The notes beneath the pieces were generated by a model. The model saw nothing but the letters and a program-made list of their open reading frames with translations, searched no databases and was not told the origin of the DNA. This document shows positions 23,001 to 31,416 of a DNA stretch of 64,000 bases, piece after piece; within the stretch, counting starts at the first letter, position 1; each line of letters starts with the position of its first letter. The stretch comes from an uncultured Veillonellaceae bacterium (GTDB lineage Bacteria > Bacillota > Negativicutes > JARBTT01), in contig CAWDTA010000002.1 in assembly GCA_963805085.1 (NCBI GenBank), positions 1,056,001 through 1,120,000 of the forward strand, written 5' to 3'. A program made the translations under genes and the position numbers.

Positions 23001-26000
23001 CGGAATTGAAGATAATTTTTTTGAATTGGGTGGACATTCGTTAAAAGCAATAAGCCTTGTAGCCAAAGTACACAAAGAATTTGGGGCAGAAATATCCTTA
23101 CAGCAAATATTTAAAAACCAAACAGTCAAAGAACTAATTAAAACCATTGATGGTGTGACAGAAAATAACTATGCGGCGATTGAATCAATCGTTGAGCAAG
23201 AGTATTATCCGGTATCTTCCGCGCAAAAGAGAATGTTCATTTTGAATCAATTGGAAGCTAATAGTACCGCTTATAATATGTCTGTTGCATTTAAGGTCGA
23301 AGGCATTTTAAACAAGCAGCGCTTTGAAGAGGTGTGGGAAAAATTAATCAAAAGACACGAAGCATTACGGACTGCATTTGAATTAATTAACGAAGAGCCA
23401 GTACAAAGAGTATACAAAGAAGTTTCCTTTAACATTGAATGTTCTTGCGGAAAAAAAGAGGAAATCAAAGATATTTTCCAAAATTTTGTGCGTCCATTTG
23501 ATTTAAGCAAAGCTCCACTATTAAGAGTAGGCTTGATTGAATTGGCTGAAGATAGCCACGTGGTGTTATTTGATATGCACCATATTATCTCTGATGGCGT
23601 ATCTATGGGAATCTTGGCAAAAGAGTTGGCAAGTTTGTATGAAGGAGCGGAATTGCCGGAATTACAAATTCAATACAAAGATTTTTCGGCTTGGCAAAAA
23701 AAATTGCTGACAAGTGAAAACTTTAAACAACAGGAAGCTTATTGGTTACAGACTTTAGGTGGAGAACTTCCGGTACTCAATATGCCAACCGATTATCCAA
23801 GGCCATCGGTCAAAGGGTTTGAGGGAGACTTGCTAAAGTTTAGTCTAGACGAAGAACTGACGAGAAATTTAAATAAGCTTGCGATGGAAACTGGTACGAC
23901 TTTATATATGGTACTGATGGCAGCCTATAATATTTTATTATCAAAATATACGGCGCAGGAGGATATCATCATAGGTACACCAATTACAGGCAGACATCAT
24001 GCGAATTTAGATAATATTATCGGCATGTTTGTTAATACACTGGTGATGCGAAATTTTCCAGAAGGGAACAAAATTTTTCTGGAATTTTTGCGAGAGGTCA
24101 AAGAAAATGCGCTACAGGGCTTTGAACATCAGGACTACCAATTCGAAGAATTGGTGGATAAGTTGGATGTACCAAGAGATTTGAGTAGAAATCCATTGTT
24201 TGATATGATGTTTTCTTTGCAGAATATGGATATTGCAGCGTTAGAATTTAATGGTTTAAAACTATTTCCTTATGAATTTACGAACAAGGCTGCAAAATTT
24301 GATCTAAGCTTAGAGGTAGTGGAAGCAAACAAATGTTTAGAGTTTACACTGCAATACTATACAAAACTATTTAAGAGAGAATCGATTGAACGATTGTGCA
24401 GGCATTTTGTTAACATTCTGAAAAGTATTGTGATTCAGCCGCAAATCAAAATTGCAGACATCGAATTTTTATCAGAAAATGAGAAAAATCAAATACTTTA
24501 TGATTTTAATAATACAGAAGCTGCCTATCCGATAGATCAAACAATACCAAGAATGTTTGAGGCGCAAGTTGAAAAAATACCGAATCATATCGCTGTAACT
24601 TTTGCAGAGCAGCATCTAACTTATGAAGAGCTAAACAACAAAGCAAACCAATTAGCAAGGGTATTAAGAAATAAGGGAGTACGACCAAATAGTATCGTCG
24701 GAATTATGGTAGAGCGTTCACTGGAAATGATGATCGGAATTATGGGAATATTAAAAGCTGGAGGGGCTTATTTGCCCATTGATCCGAAATATCCGCTAGA
24801 CAGAATCTGCTATATGCTGAAGGATAGTGGAGCAAGCATTGTATTAACTCAGGAACATTTGTTGCATATAGCACCGTTTAAAGGAGAAACAATTCAGTTA
24901 GACCATCAAGGGTTATACTCAGGAGATTCTTCTAATTTGATACCTGTAAGCACTCTACGAGGCTTAGCTTATGTGATATACACATCAGGTACGACCGGAC
25001 ATCCTAAAGGCGTTATGATTGAACAGCGCAATGTTATAAATCTGGTTTATGACTTGCGAGATCGAGTATATGGGAAATATGCATCTAGTCTAAATGTAGC
25101 ATTACTATCGCCATATGTTTTTGATGCCTCAATTAAGCAGATTTTTCCGGCTCTTTTATTGGGACATAATTTGTGCATTGTACCAGAAAATATACGATTT
25201 GAACGGGCGGGATTACTTGATTTTTATCGTAAAAACAACATTGACATTTCTGACGGAACACCTGCACATCTTAGCGTATTTAATTCCATTTCCAAGAGTA
25301 ATGAATACTTAGGTGTCAAAGAATTTCTGATAGGCGGAGAAGCCCTCTCTTACTCAGTTGTGCAAGAATTTCGTAATCATTTTAATAAATCAAATATTAA
25401 GATTACAAATGTTTATGGGCCAACAGAGTGCTGTGACATTGCCACGACTCATGAAGTAGATTGTGATGAAAATCATTTAAGTGATATTGCTCTCCTTGGA
25501 AAACCAATTTCCAACGTAAAAATCTATATATTGGGGAAAAATTTCATGATTCTTCCCGTTAATAATATAGGAGAGGTGTATATTTGCGGACAAGGAGTTG
25601 GCAGAGGCTATCTAAACAATCCTGAATTGACAGCAGAAAAGTTTATGGATAATCCTTTCATGCAGGGAGAGAGGATGTATAGAACAGGAGATTTAGCTAG
25701 ATGGCTACCTGATGGAACCATAGAATTCTTTGGTAGAATAGATCACCAAGTGAAAATTCGGGGATTTAGAATCGAAGTAGGCGAGATTGAAGCCGAACTT
25801 TTAAGACATCAGTCTATAAAAGAAACAGTTGTGATTGACAAGGAAGGCATAAACGGAGACAAGTATTTATGTGCCTATTTTGTAGCTAAGCAGGAACTAA
25901 CTATAGCAGAATTGAGAAAATTTCTTTCAAAAAAAATTCCTGATTACATGATTCCGTCAGCTTTTGTACAGCTTACTAAGATGCCATTAACGCCAAATGG

Positions 26001-29000
26001 GAAAATTGATAGAAAAGTATTGCCAGAGCCTGAGGGGCGGATCAATACCGGAACGAAATATGTAGCTCCAAGAACCCAAGAGGAAGAAAAGTTAGTGGAA
26101 ATTTGGCAGACTGTTTTAGGGACGGAGAAGGTTGGTATTGAAGATAATTTCTTTGAATTGGGTGGTCATTCTTTAAAAGCAATTACTCTTGTTGGCAAGA
26201 TACATAAGGAGTTTGGAGCAGAAATATCGCTGCAAGAAGTATTTAAAGCGCAAACAATTAAGGAAATGATCAAAACCATAGAAGATGTTGGGGAAAGTGA
26301 TTATGCGACAATTGAACCAGTAGCTACACAAGAATACTATCCAGTTTCTTCGGCGCAAAAGAGAATGTTTATCTTGAATCAATTTGAATCTGAAAATATA
26401 ACTTATAATATGCCCGCTGTATTTATAGTAGAAGGAACTTTAGATAAAGAACGATTGGAAAATGGATTCAAGAAACTTATTCAGCGGCACGAAACATTAC
26501 GAACCTCCTTTGAAGTTGTTAATAGAGAACCAGTACAAAGGGTACACAAAAAAATTGAATTTACCATCGACAGTATGCAAAGGGGTAAAGAAGATATAAA
26601 GGAAATCATAAAAGCTTTTGTGCGTCCCTTTGATCTAGGCAAAGCAACATTACTTAGAGTGGGGCTAGTCGAACTAAATAAAGATAAACATATTCTGCTA
26701 TTTGATATGCACCATATTATCTCTGATGGTGTATCTATGGGGATTTTAGTCAAAGAACTGATAGGTTTATACCAAGGGCACGAACTGCCGAAACTACGGA
26801 TTCAATATAAAGATTTTTCGGCTTGGCAGAACGACTTGTTTCAAAGCAAAGCGTTAAAGAAACAAGAAGCGCATTGGCTAAAAATCTTTGCAGGAGAAAT
26901 TCCTGTACTAAATATGCCAAGTGATTATCCACGTCCAATCGTTAGAAGTTTTGAGGGAGACCGGTTCAACGTTTCTATAGAAGAAGAATTGACGGAAGCG
27001 TTAAACAAACTTGCTATGCAAACTGGTACGACCTTATATATGGTGCTATTGGCGGCGTATAATGTTTTGCTATCCAAATATACTGGTCAGCAAGATATTA
27101 TTGTAGGATCACCAATTACAGGCAGAGCGCATGATGACTTAGAGAATATGGTGGGTATGTTTGTCAATACATTGGCAATGCGGAACAACCCGGTGGAAAA
27201 CAAAAGTTTCCTAGATTTCTTACAAGAGGTTAAGGATAATGCATTGGATGCCTATGAGTATCAGGACTACCAATTTGAAGAATTGGTGGACAAGTTGAAC
27301 ATAGAAAGAAATTTGAGTAGAAATCCGTTGTTTGATACCATGTTTGTTGTCCAAAATACGAATACAACAACGTTAGAAATTAATAATTTAAGATTTTCAC
27401 CTTGTGAATTTGAGCATAAAGTAGCCAAATTTGATTTAACCGTGGAAGCGATTGAAATAAACAACCGTTTAGAATTAATTTTGGAGTATTATACTAAGCT
27501 GTTTAAGAAAGAAACGATTGAACGGTTCGGAAGGCATTTTGTCAACCTTTTAAAAAGTATTACAATGCAACCGCAATGCAAATTGGGAGATCTTGAATTT
27601 GTATCAGTGGAAGAAAAACGCCAAATTCTCGTTGACTTTAACAATACGAAAAGAGCTTATCCAAAGGATAAAACTATCCAGAAACTCTTTGAGGAACAGG
27701 TGGAAAAGAATCCAGATCATATTGCTGTAATTTTCGAAGAAAAGCGGCTGACTTATCGAGAATTGAACAATAAAGCCAACCAACTAGCAAGAACCTTAAG
27801 GAAGAAGGGCGTAAAAGCTAACAGTATAGTTGGGATTATGGTGGAACGTTCGCCGAAAATGATCATAGGAATCATGGGGATTTTGAAAGCTGGAGGGGCA
27901 TACCTGCCCATTGATCCGGAATATCCAGCAGAAAGAACTAACTACATGTTAGAAGATAGTGAAACAAGAATTTTAGTGACGCAACAAAAACTAATTGAGT
28001 CAATAACCTTTAATGGAGAAATTGTCGACATTGATGATTTTGAATTATACGAAGAAGATACTAGAAACTTAGTAGCAGTAAATACCTCGCAGGATCTAGC
28101 ATATGTGATTTATACCTCAGGGTCGACGGGAAAGCCTAAAGGAGTTTTGACCATGCATTATAATGTAGTTCGGGTTGCCAAAAACACGAATTACATTGAA
28201 ATCACTAGAAATGATGTATTGCTACAGTTATCCAATTACGCTTTTGACGGTTCAGTTTTTGATATCTATGGAGCATTGCTAAACGGAGCGAAACTTGTGC
28301 TGGTTGATAAGGAAAATGTAGTAGATATGAACAGATTGAGTAAGGTAATCGACCAAGAAAAAGTAACAGTTTTCTTTATTACCACGGCCTTGTTTAATAC
28401 GCTGGTGGACGTAAATATTGAATGTCTAAAAAACATAAGAAAAGTGTTGATTGGTGGAGAGCAGAGTTCGGTAAGGCATGTACGCAAGGCTTACGAATAT
28501 ATGGGAAGTGGCAGGATAGTAAACGCTTATGGACCGACAGAAACAACAGTTTTTGCAACCTACTATGAAGTAAATCATATAGAAGAGGGTCAATTGACTA
28601 TACCGATAGGAAAACCGATAGCGAATACTCGTATCTATGTACTAGACAAGGGCGGAAAACTACAGCCTATCGGTGCTCCGGGGGAAGTATATATTTCTGG
28701 TGATGGTTTGGCTAGGGGATATTTAAATAGACCTGAACTAACAGATGAGAAGTTTGTAGAAGATCCATTTGCGTTAGGTGAGCGAATGTATCGGACAGGC
28801 GACCTTGCTAAATGGTTACCGGATGGCAATATAGAATTCTTAGGACGAATTGATCATCAAGTGAAGATAAGAGGATTTCGGATTGAATTGGGTGAAATTG
28901 AAGCCGAGTTGTTAAAACATCCAGTTATAAAAGAAGTATTAGTGCTTGCTAAAAATGATGTAAGTGGCAATAGGTATTTATGTGCATACCTTATAGGTGA

Positions 29001-30120
29001 ACAAGAAATTGTCATTTCGGAGCTCAAAAAGTATTTAGAGCGAACATTACCTCATTATATGGTTCCGTCAGCTTTTGTACAGCTTGAAAAAATGCCGTTA
29101 ACATCAAACGGGAAAATCGATAGAAAGACACTGCCAGAACCGCAAGGAAGGGTGCAGACCAAAATGGAATATGTAGCACCGAAAAATCAAGTGGAAGAAA
29201 AGCTGGCAGAGATTTGGCAGGATATTTTAGGGGTTGAAAAAGTTGGGACTAAAGATAATTTCTTTGAACTTGGCGGTTATTCCCTAAAAGTTATAACCCT
29301 TGTTGCTAGAATATGTGAGGAATTTGGTGTAGAAATACCTTATGACCAAATTTTTAAGAATCCTACGATATCAGAACTTGCAAAATGCACTGAAAAATCG
29401 GATACGGCTAGAAAGGTATACAGCGATTATATAAGGTTTAACGAAAGTAATGGTAATAAACCGAACCTGTTCTTCTTTCCTCCGGCAGTGCCATTGGGGC
29501 TGATCTATAGGCAGCTAGCGGCTGAATTGGAAGAGTATACGTTATATTGCTTTAATTTAGTTGAAACTGAAGCTAAAATCAAAGAATATGTAAAAATGAT
29601 AACTGGCATACAATGGCAAGGTCCATACATTTTGGCTGGGTTTTCCGCAGGTGGAATCTTGACAGTTGCGGTTGCAAGAGAATTAGAACAGCAAGGTTAT
29701 GATGTAGCGGGAATCGTTTTGTTAGATTGCCAATATGTAAAAATACCAGAAGAGAGCATGGAACTTTTGATGGAACGTGTTGATGCCTACATGGTAAATA
29801 TGGATGTATCTAAAAAAGAAAAGAAGAATATCAAAAAATTCATTCAAAATAAGACAATGAATTATTTAACTTATCTTAATGGCATAATTAACGATGAAAA
29901 AATTACAGCCAATATATATCAGATATATTCTCATAAAGAGCAGCAAAACTGTTCCAAGGCTGATGAATGGAGGCAGAAATCCACAGGGACATATTTGGAA
30001 TACAAGGGCTTTGGCACACATGATGCTATGTTAGAAGCTGATTATGTAAAAGAAAATGCTCAGATTGTAAAACAAATAGTGGGTGTCTTGCAACCAGAAA
30101 AATGGGGTGGAAAAATATGA
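20041..30120 (+). CDS. NRPS: C(DCL)-A(Leu)-T-C-A(Glu-like)-T-C-A(Ile-like)-T-TE
   Basis: RBS GGAGGAG. N-terminal DCL-type C (LSPMQEGMLYH, WSFHHIIMDGWC) fits the upstream E domain. Codes DAWFLGHVVK, DAKDLGVDIK, DGFFLGAVFK. Last T has GGYS (29272-29283). TE GFSAG (29638-29652), LLD, GFGTH. Confidence 0.96.
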   Translation: MSNVKKKDNKKIKDIYLLSPMQEGMLYHSLLYSESNAYFEQSFLSIEGSLDVKFLEESLNMLIERYDILRTVFVYENVERPVQVVMKARKGHIHFEDITNFSDLEKKAFIEKFKMDDRQKGFDLRKDLPMRISVVRTGNESYKLVWSFHHIIMDGWCMGIIRKEFLAIYHSLKENRQPNLGPVYPYSDYIKWLTKQSREEAALYWERYLKEYEELVGLPQNRDIVMDGKYELAEVVFQINENTRIGLENIVKKNNVTLSTIVQSAWGILLQRYNNTEDVVFGAVVSGRPHEIKGIENMVGLFINTLPVRIKCGGDESFTELVDKVQQFAVESERYSYCPLAEIQSNTGLKSSLVDHIVVFENYPIEEGLGANEIGFAVGDSEAYEQTNYNFNMIVILGKELTVKFNYNALVYDQIFIKRIQGHFQAVINSIIKNPNILVKDIDILTEKERQELLSFNNTQVEYPKYKRINELFEEQVEKNPDSIAVKFEEKKLTYKVLNNKANQLARLLCKKGVKRDGIVGIMAERSPEMIIGIMAILKAGGAYLPIDPEYPEDRISYMLADSGAEILLTQQHLISQEYSDKEILSLDDPKLYYGDNSNLFIEHNARDLAYVIYTSGSSGKPKGVEIEHTSLVNLVAWHQRVYNITYMDRASQLAGQAFDASVWEIWPYLTAGAQLCIPSNETRASTTGLIQWLKDNLITISFMPTPMAEALLAEEWPGDFRLRALLTGGDKLHRRPSKELPFTLVNHYGPTENTVVTTCASVSSAEPKDILPSIGRPIDNTQIYIVDKNNNLQPVGIAGELCIYGDGLAKGYLNRPELTAEKFVANPFVPGKRMYRSGDLARWLPDGNIEFLGRIDYQVKIRGFRIELGEIEAELINYPSMKEAVVIDKEDTNGQKYLCAFIVAEQELNTKELRAYLSHTLPAYMVPSIFIQLEKLPLTPNGKIDKKGLPEPEGRISIGTEYVAPRNEREEKLAQIWQNVLGVEKVGIEDNFFELGGHSLKAISLVAKVHKEFGAEISLQQIFKNQTVKELIKTIDGVTENNYAAIESIVEQEYYPVSSAQKRMFILNQLEANSTAYNMSVAFKVEGILNKQRFEEVWEKLIKRHEALRTAFELINEEPVQRVYKEVSFNIECSCGKKEEIKDIFQNFVRPFDLSKAPLLRVGLIELAEDSHVVLFDMHHIISDGVSMGILAKELASLYEGAELPELQIQYKDFSAWQKKLLTSENFKQQEAYWLQTLGGELPVLNMPTDYPRPSVKGFEGDLLKFSLDEELTRNLNKLAMETGTTLYMVLMAAYNILLSKYTAQEDIIIGTPITGRHHANLDNIIGMFVNTLVMRNFPEGNKIFLEFLREVKENALQGFEHQDYQFEELVDKLDVPRDLSRNPLFDMMFSLQNMDIAALEFNGLKLFPYEFTNKAAKFDLSLEVVEANKCLEFTLQYYTKLFKRESIERLCRHFVNILKSIVIQPQIKIADIEFLSENEKNQILYDFNNTEAAYPIDQTIPRMFEAQVEKIPNHIAVTFAEQHLTYEELNNKANQLARVLRNKGVRPNSIVGIMVERSLEMMIGIMGILKAGGAYLPIDPKYPLDRICYMLKDSGASIVLTQEHLLHIAPFKGETIQLDHQGLYSGDSSNLIPVSTLRGLAYVIYTSGTTGHPKGVMIEQRNVINLVYDLRDRVYGKYASSLNVALLSPYVFDASIKQIFPALLLGHNLCIVPENIRFERAGLLDFYRKNNIDISDGTPAHLSVFNSISKSNEYLGVKEFLIGGEALSYSVVQEFRNHFNKSNIKITNVYGPTECCDIATTHEVDCDENHLSDIALLGKPISNVKIYILGKNFMILPVNNIGEVYICGQGVGRGYLNNPELTAEKFMDNPFMQGERMYRTGDLARWLPDGTIEFFGRIDHQVKIRGFRIEVGEIEAELLRHQSIKETVVIDKEGINGDKYLCAYFVAKQELTIAELRKFLSKKIPDYMIPSAFVQLTKMPLTPNGKIDRKVLPEPEGRINTGTKYVAPRTQEEEKLVEIWQTVLGTEKVGIEDNFFELGGHSLKAITLVGKIHKEFGAEISLQEVFKAQTIKEMIKTIEDVGESDYATIEPVATQEYYPVSSAQKRMFILNQFESENITYNMPAVFIVEGTLDKERLENGFKKLIQRHETLRTSFEVVNREPVQRVHKKIEFTIDSMQRGKEDIKEIIKAFVRPFDLGKATLLRVGLVELNKDKHILLFDMHHIISDGVSMGILVKELIGLYQGHELPKLRIQYKDFSAWQNDLFQSKALKKQEAHWLKIFAGEIPVLNMPSDYPRPIVRSFEGDRFNVSIEEELTEALNKLAMQTGTTLYMVLLAAYNVLLSKYTGQQDIIVGSPITGRAHDDLENMVGMFVNTLAMRNNPVENKSFLDFLQEVKDNALDAYEYQDYQFEELVDKLNIERNLSRNPLFDTMFVVQNTNTTTLEINNLRFSPCEFEHKVAKFDLTVEAIEINNRLELILEYYTKLFKKETIERFGRHFVNLLKSITMQPQCKLGDLEFVSVEEKRQILVDFNNTKRAYPKDKTIQKLFEEQVEKNPDHIAVIFEEKRLTYRELNNKANQLARTLRKKGVKANSIVGIMVERSPKMIIGIMGILKAGGAYLPIDPEYPAERTNYMLEDSETRILVTQQKLIESITFNGEIVDIDDFELYEEDTRNLVAVNTSQDLAYVIYTSGSTGKPKGVLTMHYNVVRVAKNTNYIEITRNDVLLQLSNYAFDGSVFDIYGALLNGAKLVLVDKENVVDMNRLSKVIDQEKVTVFFITTALFNTLVDVNIECLKNIRKVLIGGEQSSVRHVRKAYEYMGSGRIVNAYGPTETTVFATYYEVNHIEEGQLTIPIGKPIANTRIYVLDKGGKLQPIGAPGEVYISGDGLARGYLNRPELTDEKFVEDPFALGERMYRTGDLAKWLPDGNIEFLGRIDHQVKIRGFRIELGEIEAELLKHPVIKEVLVLAKNDVSGNRYLCAYLIGEQEIVISELKKYLERTLPHYMVPSAFVQLEKMPLTSNGKIDRKTLPEPQGRVQTKMEYVAPKNQVEEKLAEIWQDILGVEKVGTKDNFFELGGYSLKVITLVARICEEFGVEIPYDQIFKNPTISELAKCTEKSDTARKVYSDYIRFNESNGNKPNLFFFPPAVPLGLIYRQLAAELEEYTLYCFNLVETEAKIKEYVKMITGIQWQGPYILAGFSAGGILTVAVARELEQQGYDVAGIVLLDCQYVKIPEESMELLMERVDAYMVNMDVSKKEKKNIKKFIQNKTMNYLTYLNGIINDEKITANIYQIYSHKEQQNCSKADEWRQKSTGTYLEYKGFGTHDAMLEADYVKENAQIVKQIVGVLQPEKWGGKI

Positions 30121-31394
30121 AGCTCGTTCAACTGGCTGGCTTATATTTCTTAGGAACTGAGGCGTTTACTTCATCAAATAGCATGAGGGCAACAGTGGTT
30201 CTTAAGGAAAAAATTAATAATAAAAAATTGGTTCAAAGTTATAGAAAACTAATCTCTGAAAATCGATTACTCCAAACGAAAGTTATTGAATCCCCTGAAA
30301 AGAACAAATTTGAATGGGGACAGTTTTCTTCGGAAGAGCTAGAGCAATTACTCAAATTTGAAGAGTGGAAGCTTAGTAAAAAGTATGATAAAGATACTCT
30401 GTTAAAGGAGTATTACCCGACCAATACACGCCTGCCCTTCAACATATCTGTAGTGGATGAATACACGGTTGTTATTTGTATGAATCATATTATTGCAAAC
30501 GGTAAGTGTTTGGTTTTTTGGATTCAAAAATTGCTTCAATATTATGAGGGGAATCAACCCAAAAGCATACAAGAAAAAACCACAAATATGGATTTTTGGC
30601 ATGGTATATTACGCATGATGAAAAAGCTCATTGCTTTCCTATGGCTGCCAGTTTTTCTTACTGAATTTATCTGCAGAGCTGGCAAGAATGCTGGAAAGGA
30701 CGTTGTAGACTTAAGTTATGGTAAAACTCCTGAGAAAAGTAATAACTATGCCACCAAGTCATATAGTTTTGGCAGGGAGGACACTAAAAAATTATTGCTG
30801 CTATGCAAGGCTAAAAAAATGACGTTAACAGAATATATCTGCGAAAGGGTGGTCAACGGTTTATTTCAGTACGTACCTGATAAAAAACGTGTTGCTATTT
30901 CAATGCCTATGGATATAGGTCTAATTTCGCCTTATTCACCGGAAAATGCCTATGGAAACTTGATAGCAAGTCTTCCGGCACAATTTTTTCGAGATAGAGA
31001 AATAGATAAGCAAGTTAAATCTGTATTTCGTTGGTTTAAAAAGGGCATTCCTTATAGTTTGGCATGCTTAGCAGCTAATGTTTCTATATCTTACGAAAAA
31101 GTTAAAACACAATGGTTAGAGCAGAGTAAAAAACCTATACCAGAAAGGTCCCCGTTAGGGGACTTTTCGCTTACCTATTCCAATTTGGGCATTATATCAT
31201 ATCCTGTGATGGAGAGATTGGTCGATTCGATCTATTTCTCCTTTAAGACACAATCGGTCCTTTTGGTTTCCTCTACTATTTCAGGTAAGTTATGCATGAA
31301 AATAAGTTTATCAAAGGATCTCTATAATACTGAGGAAGTATTCAAGCTATTTGATCAAATACTATCTATAGAATATTTAGATAATTCAAAATAA
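30117..31394 (+). CDS. Stand-alone condensation-domain-like / CoA-dependent acyltransferase-fold protein (alcohol-acetyltransferase/PapA5-like), motif HxxxNG
   Basis: ATG 30117 overlaps the TGA of the TE gene (ATGA), with GGGGTGG upstream. Size about 425 aa. VICMNHIIANG (His 30486-30488) sits at the position of HHxxxDG. Also AISMPMD, YGN and LTYSNLG, as in acyltransferase/C-fold proteins. Fold assignment is inferred. Confidence 0.7.
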   Translation: MKLVQLAGLYFLGTEAFTSSNSMRATVVLKEKINNKKLVQSYRKLISENRLLQTKVIESPEKNKFEWGQFSSEELEQLLKFEEWKLSKKYDKDTLLKEYYPTNTRLPFNISVVDEYTVVICMNHIIANGKCLVFWIQKLLQYYEGNQPKSIQEKTTNMDFWHGILRMMKKLIAFLWLPVFLTEFICRAGKNAGKDVVDLSYGKTPEKSNNYATKSYSFGREDTKKLLLLCKAKKMTLTEYICERVVNGLFQYVPDKKRVAISMPMDIGLISPYSPENAYGNLIASLPAQFFRDREIDKQVKSVFRWFKKGIPYSLACLAANVSISYEKVKTQWLEQSKKPIPERSPLGDFSLTYSNLGIISYPVMERLVDSIYFSFKTQSVLLVSSTISGKLCMKISLSKDLYNTEEVFKLFDQILSIEYLDNSK

Positions 31395-31416
31395 AAATTA
31401 AGGAGACGATAGTAAT

